In this document: piece after piece, positions 35,801 to 47,800 of the stretch
Numbering within the stretch: position 1 is the stretch's first letter
Layout of the letters: each line of letters starts with the position of its first letter
Assembly: GCA_950097015.1 (NCBI GenBank)
Contig: CATNEN010000002.1
Coordinates: 6,138,001-6,202,000, forward strand
Length of the DNA stretch: 64,000 bases
Origin: Macrostomum hystrix
Taxonomy: Eukaryota > Animalia > Platyhelminthes
Direction of reading: 5' to 3'
The notes under the pieces: generated by a model
The model's input: only the letters and a program-made list of their open reading frames with translations
Told to the model about the DNA's origin: nothing
Database searches by the model: none
Translations under genes and position numbers: made by a program

Positions 35801-38800
35801 TCGTAGCCCACAAAAGTACATTCACAAGAGCGCCCAGTAGCTGCGTCATAGCAGTAGCCGTCTGATCGGCCCGATCCGTTGAGCTGGCATCAGCTATGGC
35901 GGAGAGGAGGTCCCGCCGGCCCAGATGAGCGGCGATGAGGGCCAGGCCGGCTTCCAGCTGTCCGGGCACGTCGGCAGCCGCAGCAGGCAGCAGGACGGCT
36001 TCGGCTTCGTCGTCAAGCTCGTCGAAGCCGAAATAGTCGTCGGCGCCGAGCTCATCCTCCAGCTGATCGTGCTTCTCCAACTCTAGAAATGAAATGGCAG
36101 CGGCTGCGGCTGCGGCAGCAGCGGCTGACGGGTCGATGCGCCGCAGCAGGTAGCGCAGCTGTCCGGCGCAGGCCAGCAGTTGCTCATGCGCAGGAAAGGC
36201 AGCCAGCACGCTGGAGCCCAGGCTGTCGAATGCCGCGCCGGAGACTGCGGGAGCGTCCGGCTCAGACAGCGACACCGACTCCGACAGGCGTCGACGACGA
36301 ATCGGCGGTTGCTTGGAGTCCGCATCCTCGGCAGGATTCGGATCCGTGGCGCCGTTGTCAGCCGCATCGGGAGCTGCCAGCTGCTGATGACGCCGCTTGG
36401 CTCGGCGATACTGCAGAGTCCTGCAGCGCCGGTTGAGCAGCAGTAGAAGGGCCCACAGATGGCATCCGGGACCCACCGCCGTCACTAGCTGGGCGAAGAT
36501 CTCCGGGCGTCTACTAGGCGACATGACCTCATAGGCCACGAGCAGCTGAACCAGCAGCGGCACGCCAGACGGATTGCATCTGAAAGGGTGAAGCAAATGG
36601 GGAGAGTGAGGTAGGCTAACCGCAGAACCGCAGTGTGAAAGGGAATAGCTATATTAACTGGGAACAAAAATGAGTTACTAAGGAATTTAAGAAACAGATG
36701 TAAACAACTGAAGTCTGATTAAATTAATAGAAGGAGCTGAAGCCTGAATGAACTGATGGGGACAGCTGAAGCCCTGAAGGAACTGATAGGAAGAGCTGAA
36801 GCCTTGAATAAACTGATGGGAACAGCTGAAGCCCTGAAGGAACTGATAGGAAGAGCTGAAGCCCTGAATGAACTGATGGGAACAGCTGAAGCTCTGAAGG
36901 AACTGATAGGAAGAGCTGAAGCCCTGAATGAACTGATGGGAACAGCTGAAGCCCTGAAGGAACTGGTGGGAACAGCTGAAGCCATGAATAAACTGATGGG
37001 AACAGCTGAAGCCTTGAATAAACTGATGGGAACAGCTGAAGCCCTGAAGGAACTGATAGGAAGAGCTGAAGCCCTGAATGAACTGATGGGAACAGCTGAA
37101 GCCCTGAAGGAACTGGTGGGAACAGCTGAAGCCCTGAATGAACTGATGGGAACAGATGAAGCCCTGAATGAACTGAAGGGAACAGTTGAAGCCCTGAAGG
37201 AACTGATAGGAGCATCCAAAAGAGCAGAAGATTTCTCACTTGGCGTAGGCGGGCAGCACGGAGCCCACCAAGCCCAGCCAGAGCTCCTCGCTGTGCCGAT
37301 CAGCGCGGCCAAAGAAGCCGCCACCGGCTAGGAAGTCGAGCAGGCCGCGACAGCAGGCTGCGGCGCTGGCAGGAGCCAGACGGCACAGTCGGCACAGAAG
37401 GCCCACAGCGGCGTACTGGCACTGCCGATCGCTGATGGATCTGGCGCAGTCAAGCACCGCCTGCAGCGGAATGAGATCGGCCAGGCCGCTGACTTTGCCA
37501 TCGGCATCCGGGGTGCGCTGGGCAGCCCTGTCCGTTGCCACCAGACACAGACCGATGTCGGACACGATGACGGAGGCTGCGGCTGCCGAGGTCTGGCGAA
37601 GCTGATCCTGATCGTGATCGTCGGTTGAATTCGGCAGGGATTCTTCTGTCAGCTGAATGCTGATGCGGAAATGCGCCTGCACCAAACTGAACGGAAGGAT
37701 GACATATTAGATTTTAGCATTTCTAAAAGTACGAAGTGCAATTGCAGTAAAATTAAAATGACATAAGTTTGTGCTGTGCTGACTACTTTAAGTAGCAGCA
37801 TCACAAATTAATTTATCCTTCATAAATCCAAGCAGTCTCACATTTGCAGCACCTCCAACAGTCGGATCACCAGTTGAAGGCCGCCGTCCAGTTGGTCTGA
37901 CCGGCCATCGCAGCCCACCAGACGGAGGAGCAGCCGAGCCTGACGCCTGTCAGCTTCGGGCATGTCGGCATAGACATTGCCCTGCTGGGAGATGCTTTTG
38001 CGCCTAGACAGGTGATAATTGAAAATTAGGTAAGACGGCTGAGGAAAGGTCAGACAGTGTGAGGGTCAGACAGGTGATTATTTAGACAGGGTGAGGGAGG
38101 GTCAGACAGTGTGAGGGAGGGTCAGACAGGGTGAGGGAGGGTCAGACAGGGTGAGGGAGGGTCAGACAGGGTGAGGGAGGGTCAGACAGGGTGAGGGAGG
38201 GTCAGACAGGGTGGGGGAGGGTCAGACAGGGTGGGGGAGGGTCAGACAGGTTGAGTATGACAGATAGGGATGAGCAATGATCAATGGCACTCACTTGGCA
38301 GACAGGTTCTGTATGGAAGCCCTGGTGGGCACTAGGCCAAACAGATTGGCCATGGCATCCAAATAGACGACAGTCTCCACATTGTAGCCGGAGGCGATGG
38401 TCAGCACATCCGAATCTTCTGTCAGCGGAGTCGAACCCAGGCCCTCAGTTAGATAGACCAGTTTCATTGGCTTGCTTAGTCGATTGAACACTGCCGGAGT
38501 CACCTTGAATAGTAAGAGAAAGCAGCAAAATATAAATGTAAACCACGCTAGACCGCTCCGCCACTCACCCCCACTCACGTCAGTGCTCACATCCCCCTGC
38601 GGTTATTGTTATTGAATCCATGGGTTGGAAAAAGGCCTATCGGCGCTAACCTTCATAGCAACGGCCTTAGCAACGCTGGAGTCAGATAGCCGGATCGCTT
38701 GCAGCAGCAATCGAGCGCCTGTCTCGGCTGCTTTGTCGTCTCCGGCGCCACCGCCGCCAACCAGACTGGCCAGCTGAGCCTCTGGCAGAAAGTCCAGCTG

Positions 38801-41800
38801 ACCCAGCAGGCACTGGCGCTGGATGGGTGTCAACGGGCCGACCAGACCGCCGACTAGTTCAGCCATAGACATAAACACAAGGCGGGAGCAGAAGGGCGCC
38901 AGCTGCTGCCGCATCACCCACAGCCGGTCGTGCTCGATGGCCTTGGAATCGGTCAGGACAGCCTCGGCTGTGTCCCAGACCAGCGCATCCTCTTCTGACT
39001 CATCCGATGGACCGGAATCGGCGCTGTCTGCGGGCCGAGCGGCTGTTAGAAAATTGCGCAATGCCGACAGAGACTGGCGACGAATAGACTGCACTGGAGA
39101 GGCCAGCAAGCGTATTAGGGATCCAACGACTAGCAGAGAGGATACTGGAGCCTCCGCCGCCTGCTTGGGATTTAAGAATCAGATGAAATAGGGATCAGCA
39201 AACTCCGGTCCGCGGACCAGATGCGGCCCTAGAAGCTCCTAAATCCGGCCCGTTGCCCCTACCGACAACTACATTTTCCTGTTTTATCTTTCCCCTGTCT
39301 TGTCTCTCCCGTGTCTTATCTCTCCTGTGTCTAATCTCTCCTGTGTCTAATCTCTCCTGTGTCTAATCTCTCCCGTGTCTCATCTCTCCCGTGTCCCATC
39401 TCTCCCGAGTCTCATCACTCCTGTGTCTCATCACTCCTGTGTCTCATCACTCCTGTGTCTTATCTCTCCCGTGTCTCATCTCTCCTGTGTCTAATCTCTC
39501 CTGTGTCTCATCTCTCCCGTATCCCATCTCTCTCCCGAGTCTCATCACTCCTGTGTCTTATCTCTCCTGTGTCTAATCTCTCCTGTGTCTAATCTCTCCT
39601 GTGTCTTATCTCTCCCGTGTCTCATCTCTCCCGAGTCTCATCACTCCTGTGTCTCATCACTCCTGTGTCTCATCTTCGTGTGTCTCATCTCTCCCGAGTC
39701 TCATCACTCCTGTGTCTCATCTCTCCCGTGTCCCATCTCTCCCGTGTCTCATCTTTCCCGTGTCCCATCTCTCTCGTGTCTCATCACTCCTGTGTCTCAT
39801 CTTTCCCGTGTCCCATCTCTCCCGTGTCCCATCTCTCCCGTATCTCATCTCTCCCGTGTCCCATCTCTCCTGTGTCTCATATCTCTTGTGTCTCATCCCT
39901 CCGCTGTCTCATCTCTACCCTGTGTAATCTCTCCCGTGTCCCATTTAACCCGTGTCTCATTAGGTTTTCTCTTTGGCCCGCAAGCTAATGAGTTTGCCGA
40001 ACCCTGCGACAAATTTAACAGGAATAATTGAAAAAACAGGACCATGTACAATGCCTACAGCACTGCTTACCTCAGCTTTCTGTTCTTCCTGTATCTGCAC
40101 GTCGTTGCCAACTTCAGAGGCGGAGGATGACTTTGATGCCGCCGCCGACGCAGGCTGCACAGGCAACTCAAGCAGCTTGATGAACTCAGCCTCAGCTGCA
40201 AGTTGAGCAGCAGATTTCTCTTCAATAACAGCTTTCACACTGCGCTTGTTGGCCTTGGCTGTCGACTGTTTTGCATTGTCCTCTTCCATTGGCTCCACCG
40301 TGGCTGTGTCAATGTCGACAGTCTTGCCTTCTTGAACCGTCGCCTGGTCGTCGAACATAATATCGACAGTCTCGGTGCTGCGACACACAATCTCAGGGAA
40401 GTCATTTAAGACCTCTGAATTGCAGTCGGCGCATGCGGCCAGAAATGTTTCAGTGAATTCGTCTGGCAGCTTGCACTTTTGTGTCTTGCATAGCAGCGCT
40501 ATGAGTAGGCACACCTGAGCTGGGTCGCGCTTGTAGGATGACTGCGTAAGGTGAGGATGGAGACGAAATGGATTAGCCCCCACTGCCGCGAGGCCACATT
40601 AATTGTGGTTAAGAGCAAGTTGTCCAGGTAACACCCAGGAGCGCCAACCACCAAGGTACACAGAGTGCAGTATGTGCACATGTGTGTGCTCAGGAGTCAG
40701 CGGAATGAACAGAATAACAGTCTGATTTATAAGCACCGACTTGAGATTATCCAGGAACTGGAAGACGATCACCGACTTGGGATTATCAAGGGACTGGAAG
40801 ATGATCACCGACTTGGGATTATCTAGGAACTGGAAGATGATCACCGACTTTGGATTATCAAGGAACTGGTAGATGATAATCGACTTGGGGTTATCAAGGG
40901 ACTGGTAGATGATCACCGACTTGGGATTATCTAGGAACTGGTAGATGATCACCGACTTTGGATTATCAAGGAACTGGTAGATGATAATCGACTTGGGGTT
41001 ATCAAGGGACTGGTAGATGATCACCGACTTGGGATTATCTAGGAACTGGTAGATGATCAACGACTTGGGATTATCTAGGAACTGGTAGATGATCAACGAC
41101 TTGGGATTATCTAGGAACTGGAAGATGATCACCGACTTTGGATTATCAAGGAACTGGTAGATGATAATCGACTTGGGGTTATCAAGGGACTGGTAGATGA
41201 TCACCGACTTGGGATTATCTAGGAACTGGTAGATGATCAACGACTTGGAATTATCTAGCAACTGGTAGATGATCAACGACTTGGAATTATCTAGGAACTG
41301 GAAGATGATCACCGACTTTGGATTATCTAGGAACTGGTAGATGATCAACGACTTAGGATTATCTTGGAACTGGATGATGATAATCGACTTGGGATTATCT
41401 AGGAACTGTTTGATGACTATCTGTTTGGGATTATCTAGGAACTGGTAGACGATCACCGATTTGGGATTATCTAGGTACTGGTTGATGACTATCTGTTTGG
41501 GATTATCGAGCGCGTACAGTTACGACGATCGACATCCGATCATCAATATTTATGACCACTGATTATTATTACCAAGTGGTGATCCTGAATGACATTTTTT
41601 TCGATACAAATTCATCAGTGCTTTGTTTAAGACACGAGACTTACCTTCAGCAGCCGCTTAATCCACATGTGCAGCACTGGGCCGTTCAGCCTGTGTTTAA
41701 CAGCCAGCAGTTGCACAATCTGATAAGCCGAGTGTCGATAGCAGTCAGAAGCTGACCGCATGCCCTTCAGCAGGTAGAAGTTCAGGCAGTTGACGCATTT

Positions 41801-43560
41801 GCTCAGCCGAACTTCATCCAGGGGCTTCATGAGGACTCCCAGGGTCACTTGGGCGTACAGGTTCACAAACAGACGCAGCCTAGATTCATCAGCGGCGCCG
41901 AATGCTTTGAAGGCTCGCTGCACCAGCTGGCAGATGAAGGCCAGGAGGGACTCGTCACGGCTGGCCATGCGGACTAGATCTGTGCGGCTTAGCGGCGAGC
42001 CCTGATTGGCTAGCGGCTTCAGCCAATGCCAGCGCCGATTGTGCGCGGTGAAGTCAAACAGTTGCAGGAATCTGTGCGGCGAGATAGGGGTTTTACCATA
42101 GAGTATTGAAGAAAAACACAAAAATGAAGAAAGTGTTTCATTAATAAAGTGCACACCTAATGATCTAAGAATATCAGATAACAATCTCTAAGTTTAAGGT
42201 CTAAGCAATGAGTCATTACCTTCACACTTATTTATTTGTGCTGTAAGTCGTAATTCTTAGTTTTAATTCTTATATCTATATTCAGGAGCGCTTACTTTTA
42301 TAATCATAATTATATTAACTGATTACACCTGACCTAACAGATGTGCAGTCGACAGCACAGCCGCAGATATTGCGCGGCGCATCTGAATGCTGCTTACGGC
42401 TGTTCAGTCCATGGACTGGGGGACACCTAAATTTTAACGACTAAAATTTATCCAACGGAGTTAAGAATCGAACCCCCGACCTTCTGTGCGGTGATTCTGA
42501 ACCCATGCTTACTTTGGAAACAAGTTAGTGGCGTGATAGGGCAGCACAGCCTGCAGCATGGCCTCCATATTGTACAGGTGAGTCTGGAATCGATAAACAA
42601 GCCACTCCAACGCATCCAATGTGATGCCTAGCAACAGGTGCTGGGACACGCGCAGGTAAAAGTGCTCAATAATCTGGTCCAGGGCGGCTTTCTGATCCGG
42701 CGTCTGCATCGACGGCTCGAAATTGATTCGCTCCTCGGAGAAGAAGCAGTCTCGAAACTCTTGGAGACTCGGGTCCACGTTTAGCAGGTGTAGGAAGGCC
42801 TTCTGGGCTGCGGAGTTTTATTGCAGGATTGTAGGGGACATTGTGCAGTAGCATGCTAACATAGGCCAACACTTATTGTAGATTTGAACAACACGCATTT
42901 GAAAGCCACTAATAATTAAACGGATTAACTAAGGAAACTACGGGATAACATTGGAAACTGAGGGGATAACTTTAGAAACTGTGGGGATAACTTTAGAAAC
43001 TGAGGGGATAACTTTAGAAACTGAGGGGATAACTTTAGAAACTGAGGGGATAACTTTGGAAACTGAGGGGATAACTTTAGAAACTGAGGGGATAACTTTG
43101 GAAACTGAGGGGGATATCTTGGGAAACTGAGGGGGTTAATTTTGGAAACTGAGGGGATAACTTTAGAAACTGAGGGGATAACTTTAGAAACTGAGGGGAT
43201 AACTTTAGAAACTGAGGGGGATAACTTTGAAATTTATCTGAAAAATGAGGGGATACTTTACTCAGTCTAGAAACTACGGGAAACAATGAAAATTAAAGGA
43301 TAATGTAGAATTCAAGGAAATTATTTATAAATTAAAGGTATAGCTAATCGATCTAAAAAGTAAGATTACTTTGCAGATAGTCCATGACAACAAAGAAAAG
43401 AAACAATAGTCTCACCTCTTTCTAGGTGTGCTGCCGCATCAATTTTATTTAATTCTATGGCGGAATGGATTAACGATTTGCGTCTGCGATAATCTGCGGC
43501 GCCAGTTTGACCCTCGGGAACTCGCAGCTTGTTGAGCTGCGTTGCCAACAGAGAAGTCAT
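32859..43560 (-). CDS. HEATR1: HEAT repeat-containing protein 1 / UTP10 (SSU processome), 1750 aa; exons 43560-43416, 42807-42513, 42071-41645, 40514-40071, 39160-38651, 38503-38295, 38003-37842, 37686-37240, 36579-35535, 35422-34990, 34248-33746, 33491-32859
   Basis: MTSLLATQLNKL, LEWLVYRFQTHLYN..AVLPYHAT, and C-terminal VADCVPALAELAEDDSEEVE are UTP10 hallmarks; all 11 introns are GT-AG with consistent phases (5253 nt). Confidence 0.92.
33541..33708. repeat. About 28-bp tandem repeat x6 (caatgagaatagaatatcccatt) in HEATR1 last intron
   Basis: Visible tandem units. Confidence 0.85.
34400..34640. repeat. 22-bp minisatellite (tatctctaacaggtgaaggccg) in a HEATR1 intron
   Basis: About 9 units. 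Confidence 0.88.
34700..34930 (-). mobile_element. SINE family A
   Basis: Reverse complement of the 9440-9680 head and body (gcggaatcgagctcagggtccttggtgcgagagg...ccgctctgcca). Confidence 0.75.
36735..37215. repeat. 30-bp minisatellite (gaactgatgggaacagctgaagccctgaa[t/g]) in a HEATR1 intron
   Basis: About 16 units filling most of intron 36580-37239. Confidence 0.93.
38050..38250. repeat. 20-bp minisatellite (gggtcagacagggtgaggga) in a HEATR1 intron
   Basis: About 9 units. Confidence 0.9.
39189..40006 (-). mobile_element. Non-autonomous hAT-type MITE containing an about 660-bp minisatellite
   Basis: Ends tagggatcagcaaactccggtccgcggaccagatgcggccc and ggcccgc...agtttgccgaaccctg match the ends of the 44118-44503 element in reverse. 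Confidence 0.72.
40700..41505. repeat. 36-bp minisatellite (gatcaccgacttgggattatctaggaactggtagat) in a HEATR1 intron
   Basis: About 22 units. Confidence 0.95.
42320..42500 (-). mobile_element. SINE family B remnant
   Basis: Matches 7906-8030 and carries the gaatcgaacccccgacc head. Confidence 0.65.
42940..43290. repeat. 21-bp minisatellite (gataactttagaaactgaggg) in HEATR1 intron 1
   Basis: About 15 units. Confidence 0.92.
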
Positions 43561-44117
43561 GCTGCTGCTGCTGCCAAAACTATGGCTGAAAAATAAGTTA
43601 GTTAAAAAAATAATAATAAAAAAGGGTGAGTGCTGAGATAGACAGATATGACACCTATAGTTGAGGACAGAGACGCCTACCTATTTCAAAGCTTGTTGAG
43701 CTGGAGCACTGGGGAGTTCAGTGTCTTTCTAAAAAACACAATTTTTCCGGGACTGAGATTCGAGCTCTAGACCTCTACGTCATAATTCTCTATAATCAAT
43801 GAGCGAAAATAATACAGAAAGAACAAATCCTGAGCTCAGTCTGCTGGATAGAAATTTCTCTTAGCGATTGTTGAATAATGTATTAACACATCTGGGCAGG
43901 CACGTCTAGTGTCAAGCAATCAAGCAATACCTCGTATTGCACAACGCTAAGTAAGCAGAATCGGAATTAAGCAACAGGAATGTGTAGCCAGTTGGATAGA
44001 ATCTACCAACTCACTAGACTTGAACTACTCGATTTTTTAAATTCGCTTATTTTCTACTATTTTACAATACTACTTACAATAGTAATCGCTTGCATTATTA
44101 GTACACTGCCACTAGTG

Positions 44118-44503
44118 CAGGGGTGGGAAAACTAATTTGTTAGCGGGCCGAAGGGAATCCAATAAACGACAGTGGGCCGTATTGACTGTAAAAATGAGAT
44201 AGGGGAGAGTTAAGACAAAGAAGAGATAACAGGGGAGACGAGACCGAGGAGAGATGAGACACGGGAGAGATGGAACAAAGTATAGATCAGACTGAGGAGA
44301 GATGAGACACAGGAGAGACGAGACACAGGAGAGATGAGACACAGGAGAGATGAGACAGGGGAGAGGAGACTGGGGAGTGATAAGATATGGGAGTGATGAG
44401 ACAGCGGAGTCATGATACTGTAGGTGTCGGAAGGGGTAAAGGGCCGGATTTGTGAACTTCGAGGGCCGCATCTGGCTCGCGGGCCGGAGTTTGCTGACTC
44501 ATG
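44118..44503 (+). mobile_element. Non-autonomous hAT-type MITE with an internal ggagagatgagacac minisatellite
   Basis: Left end caggggtgggaaaact...gcgggccg; right end gggccgcatctggctcgcgggccggagtttgctgactcatg; GGGCC-rich subterminal boxes typical of hAT MITEs. Confidence 0.72.
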
Positions 44504-44852
44504 GATTAGCGGATAGTCAGCGATGATTCATTAACTATTGAGACAAAGTTACCAAACTAATTCTTTTAATAGATTGCCTTTGATTATTATACCAGCTAGA
44601 CTATTACAAAAGGAATCTGCACACACTAACTTGTCTACTCATAGTAAGCAAAAATATTTTTTTAGAAATAAGTACAATACAATTTACAGACCACAAAATA
44701 TTTGTGAAATGTTTGTGTGTAATAATTGTGTCAAGGTTTCTAAGAAAGCACACCTAAACACGATTTACCGGATTCACGCACTTTATAGAACACAGGTGAA
44801 ACGCTTGGGCTGAAGGCATTATATGAAAAAAAGTTAAATTTACAACTATTTA

Positions 44853-47800
44853 TTAGGCAAACATTGTCTGATGGCACATTGGACAGTCCATGCTGACTGT
44901 TATCCAGCGACGAATGCAGGCAGAGTGGAACACGTGCCGACAGGGCGTGACGCGGCAGTCCCGATGAAGCAGATCGCTGTAGCAGATGGCGCACACGTCG
45001 CGCATAGCAACTAACAGTTCCTCGCTAGCCGGGGCCAAACTGTTTACTCTGGCCATGGAGAGCCAGCGATTCCGCAGGACCTTCGATGTGAGAGACATTA
45101 GCCAGGCGTTTGTGAGCCGCCGCAAACTGTTTCACAAGTCACTCCTCATTGGTCAGGATAGGATTGGTTAGGATACTCTATCCCAATTGGTTAGTCGGGT
45201 GTGATTTTCTATTCTGATTGGTCAGTCGGGAGTGATGCTTGATTTTGATTGGATAGTGATGTGGGATACTTAATCCTGATTGTTCAGTCGGATGTGATAC
45301 TTGGTTAGTCAATCTGATACTCTTTCGATTGGTCAGTCGGGTGTGATACTCTTTCCTTATTGGTCAATCGGGTGTGATAATAAACCTGATTGGTCAAAAT
45401 CTCAGAAGAGAACCTGATTGGTCAGTTAAGTATTGCTCTCTTCTGATTGGTCAGGAAAGTATTGCTCTCTTCTGATTGGTCAGTCAAGTATTAATAATCA
45501 AGAATTGGTTCATCAATACCGGAAAACCCCAAACCAACCTGAAGGCCGCTAACAGCCTGCTGCCAGATGTTGAAGTAGGCGTGAATGAGCAGCATGATAC
45601 CTCGAATGATGCCGCCAGACTCGAAAATAAAAATATAGCCACCGTTGAAGAATAGAAAGATGCCGAACACAAACTCCACAACGCTGCTAGCGCCGCGAAT
45701 ATAATAGAGGGTTTCGTCCAGATCTTCAAATGTACCCTGTCGCCAGGCCTCCAGCATTGATGCGGCATAGAGCATCAAGGTAAAAAAGACCTTGAATAGG
45801 ACCTCAACGGAGAAGGCTGTGACAGCCAGTATCCATGCGCCTGGCTCATAGCTTGTCCACAGCACATAAAGGAAGGCCATTGGGCTGAGCAGTAGGAACA
45901 CGCACAGGCTAAGCACTCGCAGGTGAATGCCAAGAGGGACGCCGCCTGGGGCTGAAGCTACGCGTTGCATCACCTGAGATTGGGCAAATCATTAGGAATA
46001 TTTGCACCTGAACCACTAATCGATTGACACTTCAGACAGATTTTGAAGATTTTGCCCAACATTTTGTTGAGCATCTTTTGAAACAAGAATCAAGTCGCCA
46101 GCTCTGCAGACCGTTCTAACCGAAGATCAGTTTTTCCCATAAGCGCTAGTGCTTTTTCATACACCCCTATACACATATTAGCACTGCGCCACAGTGCGGC
46201 CTTTCCAGACCTTGAAAATTTATCTGCATGTCACCCAAATGTGCCTGCATCATCTCCGTCTTCGGCGGTCGCCTACCTTTATCTAGACGGAGCTGCTGGA
46301 CCTTCAAGAAGCTACAACTGGTGGAAATAGGCCTCTATGGACACCCTGACGCGAATTTCTCCAATTTCACTGATCAAGCCTAACTATTAGGCGAAGCTCA
46401 ACCACAGGACACCCTCGACTAGTCTGTCAACCAATCAGTCACCACCAAACGCTTTTAGCATTTAGACGCAACCAAAAAAACTTCAGGGTGGGGGAAATCC
46501 CTCCCACATGGGATAAAAACGGCTTGTTAGTTCTACTAATAATGATTATAGTAAATTTCAAAAAAGGAAAGGGTATTCCAGAAGGTTCAGAAAGCCCACC
46601 TGCTGACACATGCTGTGTACAAAGTGCAGCAGCGCAGAAATCATGAGGCAAAGGTTGCGATACAGTCGGCCGATTCTCTCGTCAGATGGCAGGCCGGTGA
46701 TGCCAGCCTGAAGGGCCAGCAAGAAAAACAGCATAGCGGACACAGTGCCGTATTGGAGCTCAATGTGATCGTGCAGGCTGATAAATCTTGCGAAGCAGAG
46801 CACAATGAACTGGGATAGCCAGCTAATGACCGAGGTCATACCCAGCAGGGAGAGAAGATTCTCGGAGCCGCGGCCCAGCGTGGCAGTTTGGAGTATACTC
46901 AGAAATCCTGACGAAGATGACGACGAAGCTGAGCCTGCGCCCACTGACTGGCTGTCAGCGGATGCGGCAGTGGGTAGCAACAGCATAGAAACCAGATAGT
47001 AAATGGCTTTGATTGACCAGAAAACACGCAGCAGCAGAGGCACCCGCAGCCTGTCCCAGTGCTCCTCGATGACGTTCTGTTTGAGGAAGAGACTCAAAAG
47101 CATGTAGCCTTATTTTAAAATTTCGACAGAAGCTAGGAAATGACTTCATAGGATCTATTTGATTCCTAATATCCTACATTAGTGTTATTCGATTAGGCTA
47201 ACAAATAACTACCGACCTTCTGATTAGATACTCATTTTTTACTATCGCCTAAATTTGTATATCGGCGGTGACTTTCTTCTGACTAGCTAATCAGTCATCA
47301 CACCTGATTGGTCAGTCAGTTACGACACTCCCTTCTGATTGGTCAGTAATTTGTGTCACTCCCTTCTGATTGGTCGGTCAGTTGTGCCGCTCTCTTCTGT
47401 GGTTAGTCGCTCGTGACAGCCCCTTCTAATTGCTCAGTCATTTGTGTCACCCCATTTTGATTTTTCGGTGAGTTGTGACGCTCTCTTTTGATTCGTTGGT
47501 CGTTTGTGACAGTCCCTTTTGATTGGTCAGGTCACTCATTTGTGTCAGTCCGTTCTAATTCGTCTGTCATCTGTGGCGCTTTCTTCTGATTCGTCTGTCA
47601 TCTGTGGCGCTTTCTTCTGATTCGTCTGTCATTTGTGACGCTCTCTTCTGATTCGTCCGTCATTTGTGGCGCTCCTTTCTGATTCGTTAGTCGTTTCGTT
47701 TGTGACAGTCTCTTCTGATTGGTCAGTAGTTTTGACAGCCCACGATTATAATAAAATTTTTGAACCAAGGAGTCCGCAAACTCACCTCGATGCCCTGCGC

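Noticed and set aside
36719-37331. Coiled-coil-like ORF (GTAEALKELI)n and antisense ORFs
   Set aside because: Lies in a HEATR1 intron; read-through from exon 8 hits TGA immediately; explained by the 30-bp repeat
40599-41456. 285-aa ORF (QFLDNPKSVIIY)n resembling pentapeptide or LRR repeats
   Set aside because: A 36-bp intronic minisatellite; the HEATR1 frame closes correctly without it
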